This document shows, piece by piece, positions 39,199-46,974 of a DNA stretch of 64,000 nucleotides; positions within the stretch are counted from its first letter, which is position 1, and each line of letters begins with the position of its first letter. The notes under the pieces are model-generated. The model saw only the letters and a program-made list of their open reading frames with translations. It did no database searches and was not told the origin of the DNA. Origin of the DNA: a bacterium (GTDB taxonomy: Bacteria > Patescibacteriota > Minisyncoccia > Phycocordibacterales > UBA9973). Location of the stretch: positions 244,795 through 308,794 of the forward strand of contig JBBCGN010000001.1 of NCBI GenBank assembly GCA_037200905.1, given 5' to 3'. The position numbers were made by a program, and so were the translations under genes.

Positions 39199-39271
39199 AG
39201 CCGAAGGTGAGGATTGAACTCACGACCCCGTCTTTACGAAAGACGTGCTCTACCAACTGAGCTACTTCGGC
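39199..39271 (-). tRNA. tRNA-Thr (anticodon CGT)
   Basis: GCCGAAG TA GCTC AGTTGGTA GAGC A CGTCT TTCGTAA AGACG GGGTC GTGAG TTCAATC CTCAC CTTCGGC T. Confidence 0.85.
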
Positions 39272-39288
39272 AGCTTGGTTCCCTTTGG

Positions 39289-39361
39289 AGCCGTTGATCG
39301 GGATTGAACCGATGACCTCGTCATTACCAATGACGTGCTCTACCAACTGAGCTACAACGGC
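39289..39361 (-). tRNA. tRNA-Thr (anticodon GGT)
   Basis: GCCGTTG TA GCTC AGTTGGTA GAGC A CGTCA TTGGTAA TGACG AGGTC ATCGG TTCAATC CCGAT CAACGGC T. Confidence 0.85.
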
Positions 39362-39418
39362 AAAACTGCATAGCGCTCATACTACTATAATTTTGCCTTA
39401 TTTTCAATTGGTGCGACC

Positions 39419-39884
39419 TTACGAGGCGCAGTTCGGAGTATTGACGAACGTCGTGCTGGCGTCGTATGTCACGTTTGACGGATCGACGAAATTCTCGCCC
39501 TGGGCATCATACGCGCCGAAACCTTCGATAAAATCATTGCCGCTCTTCTTGAATATGACCTGGCGGACGGAATCCATGCCTTCGGAGCTGAAGGAATAAT
39601 TGCCGAGCAGGATGCCGTCGCGGTTAGGTGCCGCTGAACGTGCCATGAGAACTGTCTTTCTCGAAATTGTCATAGGCGAGAGTGCCGGAGAACATATCGA
39701 GATCCTGCGAATTCACGTGCAGGGTATAGACGTCCTGAGCCAAATGGGCAACATAACAGCCGGTAATGGATTCCGGAGCAGGCGGTAGGACAGCCTGTTC
39801 GTCTGCCTTCTTATGATAAAAGGAAAACCACGCGATAAGGATAATAGCGATGATAACCAACAGCCAGATTGTAAATTTCTTCAT
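39419..39884 (-). pseudogene. Hypothetical secreted protein, paralog of 7920..8435 (one frame break near 39640)
   Basis: ORF 39624..39884 (MKKFTIWLLVIIAIILIAW..) joins ORF 39419..39673. Confidence 0.45.
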
Positions 39885-39914
39885 ATATAGGTAGACGTTT
39901 CAGGAGAGCTTTTA

Positions 39915-41108
39915 TTACGAAGGCTCTTTCCCGGGGAAAATCCTTTTAATGTGGTAGGCCATGCGCACCTTGTATTTGCGCCAGACGAACGGCAGCAGGT
40001 CGCGCTTGCGTTCGAGCCCCCAAGCCTGTGCGAGATAATCCACAAAGCGGTATGCGTCGCGAGAAGACTTCCCTTTTGCTTCGAATTGCCAATAGGTGCG
40101 CCACAGCCTCGGCACCCCGCCCCAGGGGGCATGGACCGTATTGGTCTTTTTATAATATGCTCTGACTTTCTGCGATTCGAGCGGCAAAGCGAGGATTGCC
40201 GCTTTTGCTGGTTCCGGCAAGGAGATGAAATTACTATTAAGCAGATAGCGAAATGCCATATATATTTCCACCTCAAAACCGTATTTCTTCGTCTTTTCCA
40301 GAAACAAGTCCCAGTCGATCGGCAGCGTACGGATGAGATATACTGCATCGGTGACGAAATGCAATGTCTTTACGGGAGCGCCTTCGGCGCCGTGGACAAT
40401 GACATGAATGAGCATGTCTTCGGCACGCAATGTGCGATACTGTTTTTCTTTATACGCGAATGCCCGAGCATGCCCCCATACGTCGCGAGCAAGAACGGTT
40501 TCCCGCTCATCAATGCCGCCTTTGGCTTCGAAGATCCGCCAGTGCATGTCGATTTCCATGCGCTGCTCATTCATGAACGTAATTTCTTTGACGATGCGCG
40601 GCAGGCTCTCGTCGGAGAAGTGGTCGAGCTTCGGAAATTGCCTGGTTTTCAGCTTCCAGCCGGCACCGAGCATGAGCGTAATGGCCCGCTTTGCGTTCTC
40701 GGGATGAACAAGCACGTCGGAATCGCCCAAGAATCGCGCACCTTCATCTTTATAGGCCTCGATCAATAGCGGTATGCCCTTGAGAAGCAGCACAGGGATG
40801 CGGTTTTCTTCGAGCAACGCGACAGTTTTTGCCATAGCGTCAAGCAGTCCCTGATTCTTCACCCAAGCCAGTTTGTACACGCCCCTGATCCTCCCCAAGA
40901 GGGGATCCTGCATGTTCAGTTTCTTGAGACGGATGGCGAGGAGCGGCAGGAGACGGAGAGTGCCATGGTCGACGGCATCGAAAGCGACAGCGTTCTTCCA
41001 CGCGTCCCACAGGAGCGGGAAATCCTTGTCGGCGCACAGCAGGAGATCGAGAAACAGCTGCTCGTCTTTGTCGGGAAAACTCTTGGGAAAAGGCAGAGGG
41101 GCTGACAT
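39915..41108 (-). CDS. Uncharacterised nucleotidyltransferase family protein (NTP_transf_5-like)
   Basis: 397 aa. ..LLLKGIPLLIEAYKDEGARFLGDSDVLVHPENA.. matches the family pattern. Last gene of the PqqD/kinase operon. Confidence 0.6.
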   Translation of the reverse strand: MSAPLPFPKSFPDKDEQLFLDLLLCADKDFPLLWDAWKNAVAFDAVDHGTLRLLPLLAIRLKKLNMQDPLLGRIRGVYKLAWVKNQGLLDAMAKTVALLEENRIPVLLLKGIPLLIEAYKDEGARFLGDSDVLVHPENAKRAITLMLGAGWKLKTRQFPKLDHFSDESLPRIVKEITFMNEQRMEIDMHWRIFEAKGGIDERETVLARDVWGHARAFAYKEKQYRTLRAEDMLIHVIVHGAEGAPVKTLHFVTDAVYLIRTLPIDWDLFLEKTKKYGFEVEIYMAFRYLLNSNFISLPEPAKAAILALPLESQKVRAYYKKTNTVHAPWGGVPRLWRTYWQFEAKGKSSRDAYRFVDYLAQAWGLERKRDLLPFVWRKYKVRMAYHIKRIFPGKEPS

Positions 41109-41113
41109 ATTAC

Positions 41114-41803
41114 TTATTTCTCTTTTTTCCTGCCGAGAGACTCCCTGACGATCTTCAGATAATCGGCGCGGGAAGCGCGTTCCGTGACACCGGTATTAGT
41201 CTCATGGATGCGGCGCATCAGGAACACTTCCGGAATGACCTCCGACACGAGGCCCGCTTCTTCGGCTTTGGCGATCCAGTCGATGAATTCCCCCACCCGC
41301 CATCTCGGATCGAACAGTCCGGCTTTCCGGAAAAACGATGCTCGCGCGAGCATCGTCCCCGCGATGCGTCCCGGCATGGGATCGGGATCGCAGTAGCGCA
41401 GCTTCTTCACTTCGTCGGAAAGCTCGGGACTCGCGAAGCACTGCAGATGGGTGAACGACAGATCGAGGGCGGGATTTGCCGCGAAGCGATCGAGCTGGGC
41501 CGCCAGCTTGCCCGGCTTCCAGACGTCGTCGGCATCGAGGAACGCGATGAAGTCTCCCCCTGCCAGGGACACCCCCTTGTTGCGCGCTTCGCCGCTGCCC
41601 GTATTCTCGGGACTGTCGATCAGCCGTATCGCGTCGCCGAACGACCTGAGCACCTCGAGTGAACCGTCTGTCGACGCGTCATTGACGCAGATGATCTCGA
41701 TATGCCGATGCATTTGCGCCAAAACGCTTTCGACGGCTTCCTTGACATATTTTTCGGCGTTGAATACCGGCATGATGACGCTTACGAGCGGTTGGTCTTG
41801 CAT
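41114..41803 (-). CDS. Glycosyltransferase family 2
   Basis: VSVIMPVFNAEKYVKEAVESVLAQ..IEIICVNDASTDGS..FLDADD. Confidence 0.8.
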   Translation of the reverse strand: MQDQPLVSVIMPVFNAEKYVKEAVESVLAQMHRHIEIICVNDASTDGSLEVLRSFGDAIRLIDSPENTGSGEARNKGVSLAGGDFIAFLDADDVWKPGKLAAQLDRFAANPALDLSFTHLQCFASPELSDEVKKLRYCDPDPMPGRIAGTMLARASFFRKAGLFDPRWRVGEFIDWIAKAEEAGLVSEVIPEVFLMRRIHETNTGVTERASRADYLKIVRESLGRKKEK

Positions 41804-41811
41804 AAATACCG

Positions 41812-42879
41812 CTATATCATAGCACTTTTCAGGAATGATTTGATGGTGTCCGGAACTGTCCGCACATCCGGGCCGAGATCGAGGAAATAGCATGGGATTT
41901 TCTCTAGAATCTCCTTGAACATGGCGATCTTGTTCGTCTCGGCGAGCGGCAGTTGGAACAGCGTGGTCGGAGCGATAGCTATCATGGCTTCCATCTTCGA
42001 AGCTCGCACGATACGCGTCTCGGTACTAGTAATGCGCGGGATGAGCACGGCCCTGAGCGGCGATGCGCGCTTCACCTGTTCGGGAAAGATATCCGAGAGG
42101 AATATGACCGCTTTCTCGCGCTCTCCGAAATCCTTGTTCCAGATTTTTTCGGCAAACTCTGGAAAGTGAGTGAGTCCTTCCCGCGTAACTATAGCTGAAT
42201 GATACAGGCTGTGCGCCATAACCTTGTCCGCTGTCTCGATCGCCACGTAATCATCGCCCAAGTAATCCATGCCGGAGAGGATCGAGGAAAGGGCAGTAGT
42301 CGATTTCCCGGAGCCGCTTTTTGCGGTCAGAAGTACCGATATTCCATCCTGTCCCACTACTGCGCCATGGATGAAATGAATGCGAGATTCGCTGAAGAAC
42401 CAGTGGAAGATAGTGCGAAATGGTGCGCCGAGCACCCAGTCCGGCAACTGCGATGCATCCTGGGTCCAAAAATATCCGACGTGTTTTTCCTTATCATAAA
42501 AATTGAGCGACTCTTCGCCGCCGACATATACTCCGAGGAAAGAATCGCCGTCTATAGCGGCATCTTTCTCGAAACTGCTGTCGTTCCACGGCGGAATGAC
42601 TTCCGTCGCGGCCCCTTTTGAATCCCATGCGTGGATAGTGAGATCAGCGTGAAATGATTCATGTGTTTCATTATGCGCGAGAGCGAGAGTAAAGATGTTG
42701 GCAACTTCCCTGCCATAGAGATGGACTGCAATTCGCTTGTCTGCGATGACGTAATGCTTCACTGTCGGAGGAGATATCCTTTTTCTCTCTTCAAGAGAAG
42801 GTACCATGATGCGCTTGAAATACTCACGCGACACCGCGAGAAAATTCTTCATGAGGATGTGTCGGGGTTTGAAACTCAT
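41812..42879 (-). CDS. HPr kinase-related (HprK-like) P-loop protein
   Basis: FIHGAVVGQDGISVLLTAKSGSGKSTTALS. Start taken at MSFKPRH (42879), 4 nt after the upstream GT2 stop. Confidence 0.65.
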   Translation of the reverse strand: MSFKPRHILMKNFLAVSREYFKRIMVPSLEERKRISPPTVKHYVIADKRIAVHLYGREVANIFTLALAHNETHESFHADLTIHAWDSKGAATEVIPPWNDSSFEKDAAIDGDSFLGVYVGGEESLNFYDKEKHVGYFWTQDASQLPDWVLGAPFRTIFHWFFSESRIHFIHGAVVGQDGISVLLTAKSGSGKSTTALSSILSGMDYLGDDYVAIETADKVMAHSLYHSAIVTREGLTHFPEFAEKIWNKDFGEREKAVIFLSDIFPEQVKRASPLRAVLIPRITSTETRIVRASKMEAMIAIAPTTLFQLPLAETNKIAMFKEILEKIPCYFLDLGPDVRTVPDTIKSFLKSAMI

Positions 42880-42883
42880 ATCG

Positions 42884-43555
42884 TTATCCTGCCTGGCCGC
42901 GGGCGCGGGCCAGCTTTTTCCTGAGAGAAGCCATCTGCCCTTGCGCGACATAGCCCCTGTCATTGGTCTGATTGTTTTCGTGCCTGCGGAACATGAACGT
43001 CACCTCGGGAATGCGCTTTTCCCTCGCGGCGCTTTCTCGGAGCCGTATGTTCCAGTCAAAGTCTTCCCCTTTACGCATCGTCTCGTCAAAAAAGCCGACC
43101 ATATTGAAGACTTCCCTCTTGTACAATGCCGCTCCCAAAAGTTCCGGATGGAAAAGCGTCTCGATCACCTCTCTCGTCCGGTCCGGCTGTATGCGGAAAA
43201 TTTCTGTCACTCCTTGCGCGTAATCGTACCCATCGTTTCCGAGATGCGGCAAAAGAAGTTTGATGTGTTCGTCCGTCCACAGATCGTCTTGATCGATAAA
43301 TGCAATGATGGAACCCTTCGCATGCTTCAAGCCGAGGTTTCTCGCGGCCGCCTGGCCCTTGTTCTCTTGCGAGAGCAAGGTGATGCGATCCCCGTAGGGC
43401 GCGAGCACAGCGAGAGATTCTTCCGGAGAACCGTCATTGACCACGATCACTTCCAGAGTCGCATACTTCTGCCTAAATATCGATTCAAGCGCGAGAGCGA
43501 TGAATCGCTCGCCTCTGTAATACGGTATGATCACTGAGATGAGCGGCGCTTCCAT
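42884..43555 (-). CDS. Glycosyltransferase family 2
   Basis: ISVIIPYYRGERFIALALESIFRQKYATLEVIVVNDGSPEES..FIDQDD. Confidence 0.8.
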   Translation of the reverse strand: MEAPLISVIIPYYRGERFIALALESIFRQKYATLEVIVVNDGSPEESLAVLAPYGDRITLLSQENKGQAAARNLGLKHAKGSIIAFIDQDDLWTDEHIKLLLPHLGNDGYDYAQGVTEIFRIQPDRTREVIETLFHPELLGAALYKREVFNMVGFFDETMRKGEDFDWNIRLRESAAREKRIPEVTFMFRRHENNQTNDRGYVAQGQMASLRKKLARARGQAG

Positions 43556-43558
43556 GAG

Positions 43559-43994
43559 TTATTTATTTTCCTTCAGCTTCGGCCAGCCCGCGATGTCCAC
43601 GTCGTGGATCGGATCGGCAAGGAGCATCTCCTGCATGTCGGAATACTTGGTGATGCCCGGCACGATAAAAGATTTTTTCTCCGCCTGAGTTTCCGGTACG
43701 AGCAGTGCCGGAGCTGTTGGGGATTCCGAGATAAGATTATCAGCTTGGAGCGATGCGATAAGATCTGTTACAGATTTTTCTATCGTTTCGATAGACGCAT
43801 CGTAGCGAGCAGCCAGAGCTTGCGTGATTTGCCCGAGAGAATGCCCGGCTTTGAGATATTCCCAGACCAGGCTGCCTGTCTCGTTCATGCTGTAATACGT
43901 GCCGTTCTGTAGATCGATGATGATGGTCTCGCCGTCGAGAGTCTCGCTGATGGCGCGGGAATGCGTTTATCGCATACGTTTTATCTGAAGACAT
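43559..43994 (-). pseudogene. PqqD-family (RRE-type) protein (one frame break near 43945)
   Basis: MSSDKTYAINAFP, then in another frame AISETLDGETIIIDLQNGTYYSMNETGSLVWEYLKAGHSLGQITQALAARY..SVTDLIASLQADNLI..LLADPIHDVDIAGWP. Confidence 0.7.
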
Positions 43995-44105
43995 ACCGCT
44001 ATATTATACAAAAAATACCGAAAAGCAAAGGCACGCAGCAATATGACTAGGATTGTTACCCATCAGATGTGGAGAATACATTTCCACAGATCTCGTCGGC
44101 GCGAA

Positions 44106-44785
44106 CTAGCGAGCGCCGGTTGAACCGTTGATTTCAGTGGAGGCTGCCGGCTCGATGACGCTGAAGGTGCTCTGTTCGCTCGTGCCGAGAAACGGCACCG
44201 CTCTTCGCGATGGCCTGCACGTCCCAGGCGAAGTCGCACAAATACGGCGGCTTGCACGGACCGGTATATATGCCGCTCACTGCCACCTCTGTGGCAGTAC
44301 CCGCGTCTTTCGTGACGATAGGCTGGCTTGATTTCATGGCCGGCGTCCCGTTTCTGCCCCTGCATCAATTGCCAGAACCCTGAGGCGGTACGTGACCGGT
44401 TCTTTCGGCTTCGGGACAAGAGGCGTCCATCTGAAGGCGATAGCCTTGAGCGCCTCATCGGCTGCCAGTTTTTTCTTGTCTTCGGGAAGAAGATTATGAG
44501 CATTTTCCTGCTGCTCATTCTTTTCACTGATTTTAATATCAGAATCTATGACGGCGTTGAATTGGCCTGCCGTCGGCTTGTCGCCCTTGGCTGAATCCCG
44601 TCCAGCCGGAATATCTCCGTCTTGGAATTTATCTTTCAGTTCGGTTCTCTGGCTTTCAGCGGGCTTGTCCCCTTTTTCAAATAACTCTTCAATGCCTCGC
44701 GCTTGACGACGGCTTATGTTCCGGCACCAACTAAAATTACGATTAATACAATAAAGATAGGCGAAAATCCTTTTTGATTTTTCAT
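44106..44785 (-). pseudogene. Hypothetical protein with a pilin-like N-terminal anchor (three or more frame breaks)
   Basis: My translation gives MKNQKGFSPIFIVLIVILVGAGT / ..GIEELFEKGDKPAESQRTELKDKF.. / ..KSSQPIVTKDAGTATEVAVSGIYTGPCKPPYLCDFAWDVQA.. / ..AVPFLGTSEQSTFSVIEPAASTEINGSTGAR. Confidence 0.4.
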
Positions 44786-44941
44786 ATCCAGATTATACCA
44801 CTTTTCTCTCTGCGCGACTTAGTGGACGATGTTAGAACTGCTATTAGGAATTATAATAAGCATATTTATATCCCTGATTTAACATCTTTTATTTTATCTT
44901 GATTCTTTCTAAATTCAACACCCTGCATACCATTATCACTA

Positions 44942-45253
44942 TTACCTCCCTTCTGCTATGGGATTAGGAGGAATTAAGCCTACAATATTATCCCAACTCG
45001 TTTTTAAATTTTGAATAGTTACTCCACTTTGAGGTTTGAAAATTATAGCAATTTGTCCATTGTTTTCAGTAACAATTATATCTGAAGACAAGCTTGTCCG
45101 TATTAAATCGATATTTGCTCCTTGGGCTTGAAGAAAAATAGCTTGGGTTCCTTGTAATAAATCGTAAAACCAGAACCTATTGGGTCGGTAACCTTTTTTA
45201 TATAATTCGAAAACAGCATCGCGGACTTGCGTTTCAAGCTGTTCTCGATACAA
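44942..45253 (-). CDS. Hypothetical protein (TTG start, or continuation of 45256..45615 through a frame break)
   Basis: AT-rich. The frame stays open about 14 codons upstream of the TTG. No motif recognised. Confidence 0.35.
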   Translation of the reverse strand: MYREQLETQVRDAVFELYKKGYRPNRFWFYDLLQGTQAIFLQAQGANIDLIRTSLSSDIIVTENNGQIAIIFKPQSGVTIQNLKTSWDNIVGLIPPNPIAEGR

Positions 45254-45255
45254 GC

Positions 45256-45615
45256 CTAAGTTATACTCATCTTCTGTCGCAAGCGGATTATCAGCTCTCT
45301 TTGTTCAAGCTCCTTTTTATTTTTTATAACTTCTCCATTGCGTATTCGAATATTTTGCGCGATAAACTTCGCTTCTTCCGGAGACAAAACTCTTTCACTA
45401 ATGGCATAGAAAATTAAGTCGAAGTAATCGGGATAATCTCTAATTAACGCCTGAAGTTCTTTGCTGTCTTTAACATTTTGTAAGTAGTTTTCCTTGTTTT
45501 TTTGCAATGAGGGTCCTGTTATATCGTGAAAATATAACCCTAACTTCTCGTCGAGGCCATCAAGATTTAATGGAATATCCTGAGAACTATTACTGAACGA
45601 AGCTTCAATGCTCAT
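45256..45615 (-). CDS. Hypothetical protein
   Basis: Start taken as MSIEASFSNSS at 45615, 3 nt below the tRNA-Asp 3' end. The longer track ORF reads into the tRNA. Confidence 0.35.
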   Translation of the reverse strand: MSIEASFSNSSQDIPLNLDGLDEKLGLYFHDITGPSLQKNKENYLQNVKDSKELQALIRDYPDYFDLIFYAISERVLSPEEAKFIAQNIRIRNGEVIKNKKELEQRELIIRLRQKMSIT

Positions 45616-45618
45616 ATG

Positions 45619-45692
45619 CGCGACCGAGCGGATTTGAACCGCCAACCTCCCGCGTGACAGGCGGGTGCTCTAACCAGTTGAGCTACGATCGC
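45619..45692 (-). tRNA. tRNA-Asp (anticodon GTC)
   Basis: GCGATCG TA GCTC AACTGGTTA GAGC A CCCGC CTGTCAC GCGGG AGGTT GGCGG TTCAAAT CCGCT CGGTCGC G. Confidence 0.85.
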
Positions 45693-45739
45693 ATTTTTTT
45701 CTTGCTACCATACCTTTCTCAATTATACCTGTCCGCCTC

Positions 45740-45782
45740 GGCGGGTGCTCGCTACAGTCTAATTGAGTTGAGCTACGAACGC
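45740..45782 (-). pseudogene. Decayed copy of the tRNA-Asp 5' half with a D-loop insertion
   Basis: GCGTTCGTAGCTCAACTCAATTAGA[CTGTAGCGA]GCACCCGCC, against the intact GCGATCGTAGCTCAACTGGTTAGAGCACCCGCC. Homology stops at the anticodon loop. Confidence 0.7.
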
Positions 45783-45801
45783 ATTTTTCCTCTAACGAGG
45801 G

Positions 45802-45874
45802 TGTCGGCGACAGGGATCGAACCTGTGACCTGAGGCTTATGAGTCCTCCGCTCTACCGACTGAGCTACGCCGAC
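45802..45874 (-). tRNA. tRNA with CAT anticodon (Met type)
   Basis: GTCGGCG TA GCTC AGTCGGTA GAGC G GAGGA CTCATAA GCCTC AGGTC ACAGG TTCGATC CCTGT CGCCGAC A. One A/G mismatch at the base of the anticodon stem. Confidence 0.8.
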
Positions 45875-46080
45875 ATGAAGCAAACTGCTTTGCTTCATGT
45901 CGAGGACGATACCGCGAGGTGAAGCATAAGGACGATGCGAGGCTGAAGGCCGAGCCGTCCTTTCAAGCAACTTATCTAAAACGAGCAAACTGCTTTGCTT
46001 CATGTCCGATGGCGATACCACCGAGTATAGCAAGAGGGCGATGCGAGGCGGTAGCCGAGCAGCCCTTTCAAGCAATTTAC
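45875..46080. repeat. Two tandem ~100-105-nt units, each starting (plus strand) with an 8-10-bp hairpin
   Basis: Unit A is 45875-45976 and unit B is 45983-46080. Shared blocks are gcaaactgctttgcttcatgtc, cgatacc, gcgatgcgaggc, gccgagc and cctttcaagcaa. Confidence 0.8.
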
Positions 46081-46129
46081 TACTTACTACTTCGGCGTGA
46101 GAGACACTGGCATGTCACTTGCCGACTTG

Positions 46130-46200
46130 TTGCGGGGTCCGGAATTGAACCGGAGTCTCAAGGTTATGAGCCTTGCGAGATACCTCTTCTCTACCCCGCT
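46130..46200 (-). tRNA. tRNA with CAT anticodon (Met or Ile2 type; A1/A72 mismatch)
   Basis: AGCGGGG TA GAGA AGAGGTA TCTC G CAAGG CTCATAA CCTTG AGAC TCCGG TTCAATT CCGGA CCCCGCA A. Confidence 0.7.
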
Positions 46201-46233
46201 ATATATTTAATCATAACAAGGAGATTTCGGTAT

Positions 46234-46295
46234 GGCTCATAACCTTGGTTATTCGCGCTTATCGTCCTTTCGGAGATACCTTTCTCTACCTCGCT
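46234..46295 (-). pseudogene. Decayed copy of the CAT-tRNA 5' half with an insertion and an inverted anticodon hairpin
   Basis: AGCGAGGTAGAGAAAGGTATCTC[CGAAAGGACGATAAGCGCGAATAAC]CAAGGTTATGAGCC. The loop TTATGAG is the exact complement of CTCATAA. Confidence 0.65.
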
Positions 46296-46337
46296 ATAAA
46301 GCGTTCAAAATAGATTTTTACGCTTTGCCTATTCTAC

Positions 46338-46935
46338 TCATATTTGGCAGAAAAGCAAGCCAAATGAGGCTATATATACCCGAAAATCCCTGAAAATGTC
46401 CTCGTACAGGGCCGTCACCCGCTTGGCCTCGTGAGCGGAGAGATGGAACTGCGGTGCCCTCGTGGGCGACGCGGTTGCGCACCGCATGGGCCTCCCAGGC
46501 GGCGGTCAGATGCGGAAAGGTCTCGCGGTCGGCTTCCCTTGAGCTTGTCGCCGAGCGTTTCGCCCTTGAAGCCCATCTGATGAAGCAGATCTTCGAGCAT
46601 GGAATCAGCCTCGATAATGGCGATCTTCCAGTCCGCGGGCGTCGGAGAAAAGACATGGTCGAGGACCTGGTTCCAGCGGGGATTTTTCGAGCGTGCGCCC
46701 CTCTTGGTCTTCTTGGCCTCCTCGGCGTGGTGGTGGGCATACTCGGCGAGCTCATGCTGCAGAAATTTTTTCTCCTTCGCCCGATCTCAAAGATCCTGAC
46801 CACGGAATACGAGATCAGGAACAGGAAAAAGATGGCGAAAAATGGAAAATACGTCGCGAGGATATTCCCAAGCACCACGAAGTGCGGAAAAGCGATATGC
46901 GGCAGGGCGATGTGAGGGAGGGTGAAAGAAGGCAT
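46338..46935 (-). pseudogene. Membrane-anchored hypothetical protein with a C-terminal Rx4H (DUF4145/HEPN-like) motif (frame breaks; 3' end uncertain)
   Basis: MPSFTLPHIALPHIAFPHFVVLGNILATYFPFFAIFFLFLISY.., ..MLEDLLHQMGFKGETLGDKLK.., ..FPHLTAAWEAHAVRNRVAHEG.. Confidence 0.4.
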
Positions 46936-46974
46936 ATGGATATGATGACCCCTAGATTATAGCACGCCCTCCGG

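Noticed and set aside
45773-46075. 100-aa minus-strand ORF in the tRNA cluster.
   Set aside because: It reads straight through tRNA-Met and the tandem repeat units. Its internal repetition only mirrors the DNA repeat.
45875-46080. Possible CRISPR array.
   Set aside because: There are only two ~100-nt units and they are directly adjacent. There is no short repeat/spacer periodicity and there are no cas genes in the window.
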